62,453 nt of DNA, from positions 1-62,453 of the forward strand of contig CAYYUG010000013.1 of the NCBI GenBank assembly GCA_964474755.1. The letters run 5' to 3'. The DNA is from an uncultured Rhodospirillaceae bacterium (GTDB lineage: Bacteria; Pseudomonadota; Alphaproteobacteria; UBA8366; GCA-2717185). Every line of letters begins with the position of its first letter. Within the stretch, counting starts at the first letter, position 1. The notes beneath the pieces were generated by a model. The model was not told where the DNA came from and ran no database searches. It worked only from the letters and a program-made list of their open reading frames with translations. Positions 40,099-50,229 of the stretch are shown piece by piece. Made by a program: the position numbers and the translations under genes.

Positions 40099-41502
40099 TT
40101 ACAATATGGGTCGCTTATCAGCCCAGGGCTGTGCGGCTTCGAACGCTGCGGCCGCACGTAACACACCGAGGTCGTCGAGCCGCCGCCCAACAATTTGAAG
40201 CCCTACCGGCAGCCCGTCATCTGTAAAGCCGCAAGGGATACTTGCTGCTGGGTTGTGTGAAAAATTGAACGGATAAGAAAATTCCGCCCAACTCACCCAA
40301 TCCCAATCATGTGCTGGCCAATCATCGGGCTGCAGCCTTTCGGCCGGGAAGGCGGCCACAGACACTGCCGGGGTAAGCAGCAAATCCCAATCTTCGAACC
40401 ATTCATGGATTGCAGCGATATAATCGAGCTTGCGCTGGCGCATTGATAGATAGTCTGTGGCGCTTGGTTCCCCTGCCGCGTCAATACATGCTACCAGCCC
40501 TTGGTCCATCAGGTCGCCCCATTTTTTAAGAAACGGCCGAAAGCGCAACTCGTGAGCAGCCCAGAAGAACCGGATCAGCTCCGGTCCGTCCACGCCCCAG
40601 GGCGGGGTAACCTCCTCCACATCGGCGCCCAAGTCCGCAACAGCACTGACAGCATTCCTTACTAGGTTTGCGACTTGTTCGTCGACACGCGCATGCCCCA
40701 GGTCAGGGCTGTACGCGACACGCAGTCCCTTAAGATCACCCGACAAAAGCGCCAGATAGTCGGCAGGCTGTGATTCCAAACTGTAATGGTCCAATGAGTG
40801 AGGCCCAGACATTACCTGCAGCATCAGCGCGGCATCGGTCACATTGCGTGTCATTGGCCCGTTGTGGGATGTTTGGTCGCCATTCGCCACCGGTGCGTTT
40901 GGGATCCGTCCAAAAGATGGTTTTAGTCCGAATATCCCACAGAAATGCGCAGGCATACGCACTGCGCCGGCTCCATCAGAGCCCTGATGCAGCGGCCCGA
41001 AACCAGCAGCAGCTGCTGCCCCTGCACCGGCCGAACTGGCGCCAGCATTGTAGTTTTGCTTCCATGGATTATGAGTTATCCCGGTCAGCGGGCTATGGCT
41101 TACCCCCTTCCAGCCGAACTCTGAAGTTGTTGTTTTCCCGATAATAATCGCTCCCGCCGAGCGCAGTCGGGAGACAAAGGGAGCATCTACGGTACCTATG
41201 TTACCAGCCTCGATATGCGAGCCACGCTCGAAAGGAAGTCCTTTAACCGAAGCCAGGTCTTTGATAGTCACCGGGATCCCGTGAAGTGGGCCGGGGTGGA
41301 CGTCTGATGCTTTTAGCACGGCTTCGGCAGTTTTAGCCTCAAGCATTGCTTCGTCGGCTGCAAGGGCAGCGAAGGCGTTGACTTTGGGCTCTAGTGCCTC
41401 GACTTGCGTGAGCACAGCGGACATTAACTCGACCGGTGACAATTTTTTGTTGCGGATCAGTGTTGCGGCTTTGTTTGCCGGCATAAAACAAAGGTCGTCC
41501 AT
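40099..41502 (-). CDS. Amidase-signature family protein with the nucleophile Ser replaced by Ala
   Basis: GPLHGIPVTIKD, GKTTTSEFG, GASSAG, GSDGAGAVRMPA, GLPVGLQIVG. Confidence 0.92.
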   Translation of the reverse strand: MDDLCFMPANKAATLIRNKKLSPVELMSAVLTQVEALEPKVNAFAALAADEAMLEAKTAEAVLKASDVHPGPLHGIPVTIKDLASVKGLPFERGSHIEAGNIGTVDAPFVSRLRSAGAIIIGKTTTSEFGWKGVSHSPLTGITHNPWKQNYNAGASSAGAGAAAAAGFGPLHQGSDGAGAVRMPAHFCGIFGLKPSFGRIPNAPVANGDQTSHNGPMTRNVTDAALMLQVMSGPHSLDHYSLESQPADYLALLSGDLKGLRVAYSPDLGHARVDEQVANLVRNAVSAVADLGADVEEVTPPWGVDGPELIRFFWAAHELRFRPFLKKWGDLMDQGLVACIDAAGEPSATDYLSMRQRKLDYIAAIHEWFEDWDLLLTPAVSVAAFPAERLQPDDWPAHDWDWVSWAEFSYPFNFSHNPAASIPCGFTDDGLPVGLQIVGRRLDDLGVLRAAAAFEAAQPWADKRPIL

Positions 41503-41542
41503 CGTTCCCCTACCCAGAAAGTTTTTATAACGGCTTGAATAT

Positions 41543-42949
41543 TCAATTGTTATTGAACTTACTATTAATTCCTATTGCTTCAATTTGGATTAAGGATTCT
41601 GGTATTGGGCCTGGAGAGGGTATGACTACACATTCTATTGCTGGTAGTTTTTCGTGTGGTACTAGGTCTAATAAAATTCTTTCAAAGATAAAAAAGTGTT
41701 CAGAATTTCTGAGATATAAAGTGATTTTTACTAAATCATTAATGCTAGAACTAGCATCCTGTGAAGTCTGTGAAAGTAAATTAATTGCTGCTAAGGTTTG
41801 ATATATAATATCGCTATTATCTTTTTGTAATGTGTGGAGGTCTTCAGGAACCCTTGGTGCTACATCAAAGTCTTTTGGATTACTCGCAATTCTGCAATTT
41901 TTATCTATTCCTAGTATTCCGGAATAAAAAATAAAATTTCCTACACTCACAGAGGCTGGGGCACAAAATGGTTTATTTATTGGCCAGTCAGTAGTGAATT
42001 TTTTAAAATTTTTCTGATTTTTTGATGCGGTAAGTTCTATTTCAATAAGGCAGCCACGGTGGCCAACTTCATCGAAACCAGAGACTGTAAGTGCTGTGTT
42101 CATATCAGGAAAAAAATGTTGATGTATTCGATGGAATGTTGGAAAGTCCTTTACATCTGCAAGAAAGACAGTCGAATTGATTGTATCTGAAAGGTCCAAA
42201 CCTTGGTTTGCAAGTGTACGCCTTAGCTCGTTGTACACATACCAGCTTTGAGCTGCTATAGGTCCATCTCGACTGTCAGGGTGACTCTGACCAGTTTCAA
42301 GAAACCTGCCTTCGCTTGGTATATCATCAAAAGAGTTCACAAGTGGCTTGCCTTCATCGGAGGTTTTGATTGGAATATGTCCCGCTGTGAAGACCAGTGG
42401 GCCAGAGCGAACAGCCTGAGAGTAGAAGGAGGCTGCTGGCATTTTTTGATTATCAAAAGTCACGACTACTTCTCGACCTGAAAAATTAGGATTTTCTCCA
42501 GGGCAAACTGCTATTGCATCTATACCTATGGTATCATTAGTTTCTTTGAAAATCTCGGATACTCCAAGACCAGAACTAGGTGCAGGTTCTTTTTGTAATA
42601 CCTGACGAATATTCTGATAAACCGGGAAAAACCTTTTGTCTGTTTGCCAAATATGTTGGCGTAATATTTGGTCGCCGCCGCTTCCCCCAGCTTCAAGAAT
42701 TGCGTCCAAATTTTGGTGTGTAAACCAAGAATCGTGAGCAACTTTTCCTTCTAAGTGATCCGCTAAAGGAAAACCTTGTTTCTTTTCGTGACCTGGATCA
42801 GGAATATCAGAAAATTGGCGCGATGAGTTTGGGTTTTGGCTAGACCGCACGCCCGATAAAAATATGAGGCCTTCTGCTTTGACCGCATGGGGAAAGTTTG
42901 GAAATACGCTTGGTTGGCTATCCAAGACTATCTGTTTTTTTGTACTCAT
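41543..42949 (-). CDS. Protein of three tandem RidA/YjgF-like domains; AT-rich gene
   Basis: Three repeats start FPHAVKAEGLIFLSG, FYSQAVRSGPLVFTAG and APASVSVGNFIFYSG. They end GIDAIA, IEIELTA and IQIEAIG. Confidence 0.8.
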   Translation of the reverse strand: MSTKKQIVLDSQPSVFPNFPHAVKAEGLIFLSGVRSSQNPNSSRQFSDIPDPGHEKKQGFPLADHLEGKVAHDSWFTHQNLDAILEAGGSGGDQILRQHIWQTDKRFFPVYQNIRQVLQKEPAPSSGLGVSEIFKETNDTIGIDAIAVCPGENPNFSGREVVVTFDNQKMPAASFYSQAVRSGPLVFTAGHIPIKTSDEGKPLVNSFDDIPSEGRFLETGQSHPDSRDGPIAAQSWYVYNELRRTLANQGLDLSDTINSTVFLADVKDFPTFHRIHQHFFPDMNTALTVSGFDEVGHRGCLIEIELTASKNQKNFKKFTTDWPINKPFCAPASVSVGNFIFYSGILGIDKNCRIASNPKDFDVAPRVPEDLHTLQKDNSDIIYQTLAAINLLSQTSQDASSSINDLVKITLYLRNSEHFFIFERILLDLVPHEKLPAIECVVIPSPGPIPESLIQIEAIGINSKFNNN

Positions 42950-43442
42950 CGTAATTCTTCCTCGATAACTATAAAACAAATAAAAATCGCATATCTTTGT
43001 GGACAGAAATTATTCGCAATTCGCATCAAAGGAGAGGCCTCGGCCTTTCGAGAATTAAGTCGAACCGATTTGACTATAATTTGTAACAATAAGGCCTAGA
43101 AGAATTACTTTGTAAATAAATTTATGACGGCCCAAGAGGCTGGGCTGGATCAGCTACAAAATTGACCTCGCCGGTGTAAATTGGGTTCCCCCTCAAGACC
43201 TGAGAGAATACTCGGGTCGACGGTGAAATGCATAATCGGAGTATCATTGATTGCAAATATTGCAGTTTTCTCAAAACGCTCATATTTATCAGGCGTATAA
43301 TATTCTGACTGCCTGTAATGCGGCTCCTGGCCCGTAATTTCAACGAGTTGGGGCAGGAGAATAGGCGTCTAAGGTGTGTTTTCTCTTCTCGTACAACTAA
43401 TTTTAACTCACCTATCAAACAGCTTGATTGCATACTAAGCAG

Positions 43443-44303
43443 TCACCGCGCTTCGCTGGTTTCGGCGAGGCCAACAGTTCCTTCGCGATTGGTGCCTTTT
43501 AGATAGATTTGTCCTTGGATCTCGGCGATGCGCTGGTGTTCCGCTACCGCGTCTGTATGCATGGTCGCAGAGGGCCGGGCCTCAGGCAGGAAATGCCCGA
43601 AGTGGTCCTTGCCTCGGACCAAGGTCGCAAAATCGGTCTCAACCCGTTCCTGTCGTGCCTCCGGAGTTATGTATCGGAGTGCTAGGCCAACCCGGCGGCG
43701 CTCAGTTTCGTTTGGTTTCGATGCGTGCCACATATTCACGTGATGGAACGATGCCTCGCCCTGCTGCAGCGTCACCCAGATGGCTCTTTCTTCATCGATT
43801 TCACTGTTGATGGTCTGGCCGCGCGTTAAAATGTTGTTGGGGTCCCAGGTGTCGTGATGTGACACAATCCCTTGTGTGTGGCTGCCGGGCAGCATTCGCA
43901 TACAGCCATTCGCATTGTTCGCTTCCGTCAGTGCAATCCAGACCGTCAGTATTTTGTTACTGTCGAGCCCCCAATGAGCTGAATCCTGATGCCAAGAAAT
44001 ATACCGTCCGTCACCCGGTTCCTTCGGGTAGAGGTGGCTCGACCAAATCATGATATCGGGACCTAGAAAATTTTCGACTAGGTCAAGAATTTTCGGCCTC
44101 CGCATCAAGTCGTTGATCCAGGGAAAGACTAGATGCGATTTGTAACGCCATTTTCCATTTACGGGGCCGCCGCTCTTGCTTTCATATAATTCAAGCTCGC
44201 CAAGGAGGGTCGCTGCTTCCGTCTTTGACAAGATGCGCTTAGGAAAAAGAAGTCCAGTCTCCCAGAAGGCCTCGATTTCATTCGCAGTCAATTCTTTAGG
44301 CAT
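43443..44303 (-). CDS. PhyH-family Fe(II)/2OG dioxygenase
   Basis: SWHQDSAHW, NGCMRMLPGSH, HHVNMWHAS; paralog of 2918-3769. Confidence 0.92.
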   Translation of the reverse strand: MPKELTANEIEAFWETGLLFPKRILSKTEAATLLGELELYESKSGGPVNGKWRYKSHLVFPWINDLMRRPKILDLVENFLGPDIMIWSSHLYPKEPGDGRYISWHQDSAHWGLDSNKILTVWIALTEANNANGCMRMLPGSHTQGIVSHHDTWDPNNILTRGQTINSEIDEERAIWVTLQQGEASFHHVNMWHASKPNETERRRVGLALRYITPEARQERVETDFATLVRGKDHFGHFLPEARPSATMHTDAVAEHQRIAEIQGQIYLKGTNREGTVGLAETSEAR

Positions 44304-44809
44304 AATACCTTTAACATTCCTGTATCAAAGGGTTTCTCAGTTTTGTGTAATGTTTGTAAGTGATTCTAAATAATATGGTTGTAGAGTTTACTAATGTTGC
44401 ACATATTAACGTAAAAAAGAAGATATAGCCTGCCTCAAAAACAAGAAATAATATTTTTAACTCGGCTAATTTTTTAAAAATTCTTTTTAGTAAATTCAAA
44501 TTTTTATAATAAAAAAACTGAACCTAAGTGTCTGAAAAAAAATATTTTAACAAACGGCCGCCCTTTTATTAGTGTGCAAACAACAGACCCGACGTGTCGT
44601 ATGCGGCAAAATTGCTGTTTTTAGTTGTAAAATAGTGAACTGCAGATAGGGAGGGCTGATTTGCATAAAGCTTTAGTTGTGGGACTTCAGTAGCGGTAAG
44701 CGGCTGCATCGATTTTTTGCCTTCTTTTAATTGCCACCGGTTTTCTTCCTATCCGAAATATGCTCGCTTCTTTCTTTGTTTTTTATGTGTTACAGGAAAG
44801 CTATTAGTC

Positions 44810-46654
44810 CTAATGTGGAGGGTGCTCGGCCAAATAGTCTGCAGCATTAAAGTAGGGTAGGTTGTCACGCCTGGAACTGCCAATTGCAGCAATCCTTTCA
44901 GTGATCCGGATCGCTTTTTGATACTTCCGTTCACAGGATTCGCTCGTTTGCGTTTGGAATGTCGGTCCACAAAGGGAAATTCCATAGTGTGCTTGGAGGG
45001 TCCGAATTTGGGTGCCGTTGAATATGCCGTCGGATATAAGTGATAGGTCAAATTCGGGGCGTGCTGAGATGTGGATCTTGTTCTCAGCGAAATAGCCGCG
45101 AATTTTTGCTTCTGCTTCCAACGCGACTTCCCAATAATCGGATTCAGTTTGCGTTGATTCGCCCGAAACATTTTGAAATGCCATGCAAAAGGTGAGAAAG
45201 ATTTGTTCGTCTTCCGTCGCTGTTTTCCATGCCGTCTTGCCGAGTGCGTTCCAGATCGTCAGGTCCATATCGTCGAAAACTTTTGGTACTCTCTCGAGAA
45301 ACAGGGTGTGCAGGCGGTTCTCGTTTAATGAACTGCCGAGTTTTTGTTCCGTGTAGATATCGATTGCTGCATATGTGCCGCATATAGGACAGGTATCGTC
45401 TTTATATTTGTCTTTAGCATAAATATGCGAACAACGTTTCCTGTCGGGCAATTCGTTTTTGCACAGTAGATATGTCGAAGTACCTTCATTGCTATCCTGC
45501 TGTTCACCAATCCAATTGAAACGGTTTATGAACTGCTTATAGGATTGTCGATGGCTCCATAGGCTCCACTGCAGCTTTTCAACCGGTCCAAATGTACTCC
45601 AGTTCGAACTCACATCGATGATTATGCATTGCGTCTTGCCCGGAGCCATCCGCAATCCGCGCCCGACAGACTGTCCCCAAAGCACCTTGGAGAGGGTGGG
45701 CCTGAGATGGACGATAATATTGCAATAAGGATTGTCCCAACCTTCTGCAAGAACACCTACGGAAACCATCGCTTCGATCTCGCCGGTTTCATGGCGAGCA
45801 AGCAGCTTCATCCGCTCTCCAATTGGCGTTGATGCAGTGACAATTGCTGCTTCGATGCCATTTTCCTGTATGCGTCTTAATGTCTCTTCTGCAACGCTGA
45901 CATCAGCGCAGAACCAGGCCGAGACTGGCAGTGTTGTGAGCTTTTCTCGTTCTTCCTTATAGCTCCACATTGCATAGTCGATCATTGACGATTTGATAAT
46001 CGCAGGAGCTAGTTTTGCGACCGGAAAATCGCCTGAGCTAATATCTATTTCGCCCAGATTTAAATCATGCACGAAATGCGGCCGGTACACCGGCTGTACC
46101 AAGACGCCTTCGTCGATTAAATTTTCAATGTTTGCGCAATCGATTATTGCATCAAAAGCGAGGTGAAGCTGGTCGCGTTGGTCGCCAGTTCGTCGTTCGG
46201 GTGAAGCGGTGAGACCGATAAATTGTGCGGTTGGATTGCCATCCTTTTCGAACGCGTCGAGTAGCTTTTTATAGCCTGTCCCGTTTGGCGAGACGCGATG
46301 TGCTTCGTCAACGATAATGAGATCCGCCTTAGGAATGGCATCCATCAATACATTTTTTGCGCGCACATTCGTCGAGAGCAGAATGTCATAGTCAGTGAAG
46401 GCAGGCCCTGTGTCGGAAACAGCGAGTTTTCGGACAGAATGTTTCTTGCTTAGCGCCTTTTCGAGTTGTTCAAGAAGAACAAGGCGATGGCAAAGCACTA
46501 CAATTTTTTTGCCACTGTAAAACCGCTCAACGAGTTCGCTCGCGAGTACGGTCTTGCCCGCTCCGGTTGGTGCTTTAAGGATAAAACGACGATGTTGTGC
46601 AACAATCGTTGGAAAACGATCGATGATTTCTTGTTGCCATGTTCTGAGATGCAT
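44810..46654 (-). CDS. SF2 DEAH helicase (RadD/YejH/ResIII-like) with a putative Zn ribbon and an unknown C-terminal domain
   Basis: LRTWQ, APTGAGKT, VDEAHR, GLTASP, LAEGWD, QSVGRGLR; C..C / CPIC. Confidence 0.88.
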   Translation of the reverse strand: MHLRTWQQEIIDRFPTIVAQHRRFILKAPTGAGKTVLASELVERFYSGKKIVVLCHRLVLLEQLEKALSKKHSVRKLAVSDTGPAFTDYDILLSTNVRAKNVLMDAIPKADLIIVDEAHRVSPNGTGYKKLLDAFEKDGNPTAQFIGLTASPERRTGDQRDQLHLAFDAIIDCANIENLIDEGVLVQPVYRPHFVHDLNLGEIDISSGDFPVAKLAPAIIKSSMIDYAMWSYKEEREKLTTLPVSAWFCADVSVAEETLRRIQENGIEAAIVTASTPIGERMKLLARHETGEIEAMVSVGVLAEGWDNPYCNIIVHLRPTLSKVLWGQSVGRGLRMAPGKTQCIIIDVSSNWSTFGPVEKLQWSLWSHRQSYKQFINRFNWIGEQQDSNEGTSTYLLCKNELPDRKRCSHIYAKDKYKDDTCPICGTYAAIDIYTEQKLGSSLNENRLHTLFLERVPKVFDDMDLTIWNALGKTAWKTATEDEQIFLTFCMAFQNVSGESTQTESDYWEVALEAEAKIRGYFAENKIHISARPEFDLSLISDGIFNGTQIRTLQAHYGISLCGPTFQTQTSESCERKYQKAIRITERIAAIGSSRRDNLPYFNAADYLAEHPPH

Positions 46655-46987
46655 GCACGGCGTATATCAAATTTTTAACGACGGTGCACCAGCAATGAAA
46701 CACAAAATAATATCCAAATTTGCCAACAGAGCGTCACATTAGGCGGGGGTATAACTCACTTGACCTCACGCCTGGATGTTGCCCCATACTATATTAGATG
46801 TCGTTGTGACAGTTCCGGTGTGTTGTGGATCACGAAATACATCAGATACAGCACTAAACCCTTATATTTGATGCAGGAAACGGGATCTGACGGCTCCTTT
46901 GAGTTGCGCTACGCTGCTTTGGTGGGCGAACTACAAACGCGCCCAGCTATGGACAAATTTCTTCTGCTGAACGATGTTGTGGCCGTC

Positions 46988-48499
46988 ATGACGTCACAGA
47001 CTGAAAATTTCAAGACCCGCGAGGGGGCACCAGAAAACTTCGAGTTCGACAATAGCTTTGCTCGCGAACTCGAAGGCTGCTACGTCCCTTGGGATGCTGA
47101 AAAGGTTTCCGAGCCCCGCTTGCTAATGTTCAACTGTGAGCTGGCCGCTGAGCTTGGCCTCGATGGCGCTGCGTTAGAGACCCCTCTGGGTGCTGAGATC
47201 TTTGCCGGTAACCGTTTACCAAATGGGGCGAAACCGCTGGCCCAGGCCTATGCTGGTCATCAGTTTGGCGGTTTTTCGCCGCAGCTAGGTGACGGTCGCG
47301 CTCTGCTGTTGGGTGAAATTGTTGATACCTGCGGAAGGCGTCACGATATCCAGCTAAAGGGTTCAGGACGAACGCCTTTTTCGCGTGGCGGTGATGGCAA
47401 GGCTGCCCTTGGACCAGTGCTGCGCGAATACCTTATCGGTGAAGCAATGCATGCGCTTGGTGTGCCAACGACGCGAGCCCTTGCCGCTGTTACCACAGGT
47501 GATCAGGTTATCCGAGAGACCGCGCTGCCGGGAGCCGTACTCACGCGCATTGCAGCCAGTCACCTGCGCGTTGGCACATTTCAATTCTTTGCTGCACGCG
47601 GAGAGACAGAAATCGTCCGCCAGCTTGCCGATTACGCTATCGCACGTCACTACCCAGCGGCGCGCGAGGCAGATAACCCCTACTTGGCATTTTTTATTTC
47701 GGTTGCAAAGGCGCAGGCAGTGCTGGTTGCTGAGTGGATGAGCATCGGCTTCATCCATGGTGTTATGAACACGGATAATACCACAATTTCTGGCGAGACG
47801 ATTGACTATGGCCCTTGTGCCTTCATGGACGTCTACGATCCAGACACGGTTTTCAGTTCCATAGACCTGCAGGGACGCTACGCCTATGCCAATCAACCGT
47901 CTATCCTGACCTGGAACCTGGCGCGGTTGGCGGAAACCTTGATCGCGCTGGTTGATCCAAATAAGGATAGGGCGGTTGAATTGCTCACCGATGGCGCCAA
48001 TGAGGTTTCAAGCCTGTTTGGCGATGCTTGGCTGGCGCGCATGCGCGCCAAGATCGGCCTCAACTCTGCAGAAGATAACGACGTCAAATTGATCAACCGC
48101 CTCCTTGATGCGATGTATCAGGGCAAGGCGGATTTTACGCTGACGTTCCGGCGCCTGTCAGACGTCCTGCGCGGCAACGATATGCCGGTGCGCGCACTAT
48201 TCGAAGACCCTGCAGTATTCGACGTGTGGGAGAATGATTGGCGGAGTCGGTTGGATCGAGAGCAATTCTCTGCCAGGGATTGCGCAGGCGCAATGGACCA
48301 GGTGAACGCTATCTACATTCCTCGCAACCATAAGGTAGAAGAGGCTTTGGTCGCCGCCGTAGACCAAGGCAATATATCGGCATTTGAGGATATGTTGTCG
48401 GTCGTCTCGAAACCGTTTGACGAGGTTAGCGGATGCGAGGGTTACGCGGAGCCGGGGAGCAAAACCGCTGTTCCCTATCAGACCTTTTGCGGCACATAA
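46988..48499 (+). CDS. selO: Protein adenylyltransferase SelO/YdiU
   Basis: YAGHQFG, LGDGRA, QLKGSG, HGVMNTDN, IDYGP, C-terminal TFCGT. Confidence 0.95.
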   Translation: MTSQTENFKTREGAPENFEFDNSFARELEGCYVPWDAEKVSEPRLLMFNCELAAELGLDGAALETPLGAEIFAGNRLPNGAKPLAQAYAGHQFGGFSPQLGDGRALLLGEIVDTCGRRHDIQLKGSGRTPFSRGGDGKAALGPVLREYLIGEAMHALGVPTTRALAAVTTGDQVIRETALPGAVLTRIAASHLRVGTFQFFAARGETEIVRQLADYAIARHYPAAREADNPYLAFFISVAKAQAVLVAEWMSIGFIHGVMNTDNTTISGETIDYGPCAFMDVYDPDTVFSSIDLQGRYAYANQPSILTWNLARLAETLIALVDPNKDRAVELLTDGANEVSSLFGDAWLARMRAKIGLNSAEDNDVKLINRLLDAMYQGKADFTLTFRRLSDVLRGNDMPVRALFEDPAVFDVWENDWRSRLDREQFSARDCAGAMDQVNAIYIPRNHKVEEALVAAVDQGNISAFEDMLSVVSKPFDEVSGCEGYAEPGSKTAVPYQTFCGT

Positions 48500-48548
48500 T
48501 CGTTAATCATTTTTGCATAATTACTTGTGAAATTTGAAAGAAAAGACG

Positions 48549-48584
48549 TAGTAAATTAAGTATGCGCGCATAATTAATTTACTA
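48549..48584. repeat. 36-bp near-perfect palindrome
   Basis: TAGTAAATTAA-G-TATGCGCGCATA-A-TTAATTTACTA (one mismatched pair). Confidence 0.9.
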
Positions 48585-48915
48585 GCTGGTTAACACGGTA
48601 TGTCATTTATGCGCGTTGTTTGTTCCAGTCTCGGTCAATTGAATTACGGCGTTCTTGAATATATCCGCAATGCTGTTTCATCAATTATCAATTCGTTATC
48701 AGCCTCTGGGTCAGGCTATAAGAGGCTCGACCCATTGCCCGTATGCTGTAAAACTCGATAAATTTGTCGCGCGCTTAAAAAAACTAACTTGCTGAATTAT
48801 AATATTAAAATCGGGTTTATAGGTGCCATAAACTAACGTCAGTGATTTGGTAATGCGAGGGTTTGTAACCAGCTCTATAGGTATTTTTGCGCCCTCTGCG
48901 TTTATTAGTTAACTA

Positions 48916-49461
48916 ATGGTTATGAGTTTTGTAATGCACAGAATTAATAAACCTGAGCTCAATCGAGACCGCTTGAGGTACAAAAGAAGCTTCGATCTCC
49001 TAGGGCTTATTGTATTTATAATTATGTGTCTTGCGGTATCCAGTGTTGGCGGCGCTATCACGGCAACGAGTGTGGACACCTGGTATCAAGCTTTGGAGAA
49101 GCCGCCGTTCAATCCGCCTGATTGGGTATTTGCACCAGTTTGGACCGCACTTTACATCCTTATGGGCGTTGCGGCTTGGCGGATATGGCGACTTCGATCA
49201 TCAAAAGCGCATCATATTGCTCTTTCGGTATTTGGTTTGCAGCTCTGTCTCAACCTAGCTTGGTCTTTTCTATTTTTCGGTTTACAGCATATCAATTTGG
49301 CTTTGGTCGAGATTGTCATTTTACTCATTGTGATCATCATCAATATGATCATGTTCTGGCGCCTCGAACGCCTAGCCGGCCTGCTTTTCGTGCCTTACGT
49401 CGCGTGGGTCTCATTCGCAACAATACTTAATGCCTCACTTTCGCTGCTAAACAAAATTTAG
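48916..49461 (+). CDS. tspO: TspO/MBR tryptophan-rich sensory protein
   Basis: WYQALEKPPFNPPDWVFAPVWTALY, LNLAWSFLFF, PYVAWVSFATILN; exact start uncertain. Confidence 0.95.
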   Translation: MVMSFVMHRINKPELNRDRLRYKRSFDLLGLIVFIIMCLAVSSVGGAITATSVDTWYQALEKPPFNPPDWVFAPVWTALYILMGVAAWRIWRLRSSKAHHIALSVFGLQLCLNLAWSFLFFGLQHINLALVEIVILLIVIIINMIMFWRLERLAGLLFVPYVAWVSFATILNASLSLLNKI

Positions 49462-49565
49462 CTATGGCAGGTAAACGCGGATTAAGCGCGGTCTTGGTGG
49501 TATTCTCGTTGCGCAGAAACCACTAGAACTAATCAGCGTTTTGAAACTTTATCTAAAGCGCCGGT

Positions 49566-49967
49566 TCACAATTTCCGTCCGTAAAGCTCCAGTTTACGGT
49601 CGACAAGTTCGTATCCAAGACGGTCGGCGATGTTTTCTATCAGGGCTTCAAGGTCGTCGTCCTGAAACTCTAGTACCTTCCCATCTTTTACATCGATAAC
49701 ATGATGGTGCTGGTCTAGGTTGGTCTCGAAGCGGGCTTGCCTATCATTGAATTCATGGCGTCGGACAAGGTTCATGTCGTCCAGGATATTAAGCGTCCGA
49801 TAAACTGTGGCTACGCTTACGCTAGAATCTATCACCCTCGAACGCTGGTGAATCGTATCGACTGACGGGTGGTCGTCCGCTTGGTCGATAATCTGAAGAA
49901 TGACGCGGCGTTGAGCAGTCATTTTCAGCCCCGCATCGATACACCGCTGTACTAAACTAACTGCCAT
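49566..49967 (-). CDS. fur: Fur-family metalloregulator (Fur/Mur type)
   Basis: GLKMTAQRRVI, DHPS, SVATVYRT, HHHVID, LELYG. Confidence 0.92.
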   Translation of the reverse strand: MAVSLVQRCIDAGLKMTAQRRVILQIIDQADDHPSVDTIHQRSRVIDSSVSVATVYRTLNILDDMNLVRRHEFNDRQARFETNLDQHHHVIDVKDGKVLEFQDDDLEALIENIADRLGYELVDRKLELYGRKL

Positions 49968-50229
49968 ATTCACACACTCTGTTTCCTTGGAAATCGCACA
50001 TGCCTTTTTGGCAAAAGTTATTGGACGATTTTACCGCTTCACTGGCCTAACCGATTTTTGATCCCTTGCTGCCCAAAAGGGCTTTAAAGCCCTCGAGCCT
50101 CGGATACCTTAAATAGAGGCCCTTCTTTCTACCGGTATCCGTTTGCGACCCGCAAAACGCATAGTATCGAGGCCAGGTTTTGAATTAGTGGTGGCTGGAC
50201 CAGACAGTCTTGAGTAGTCCTGCGTAATG

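Noticed and set aside
50079-50141. Palindrome GGGCTTTAAAGCCC and inverted pair CGGATACC/GGTATCCG upstream of fur
   Set aside because: Short and single-copy; cannot be told from chance or a weak terminator.
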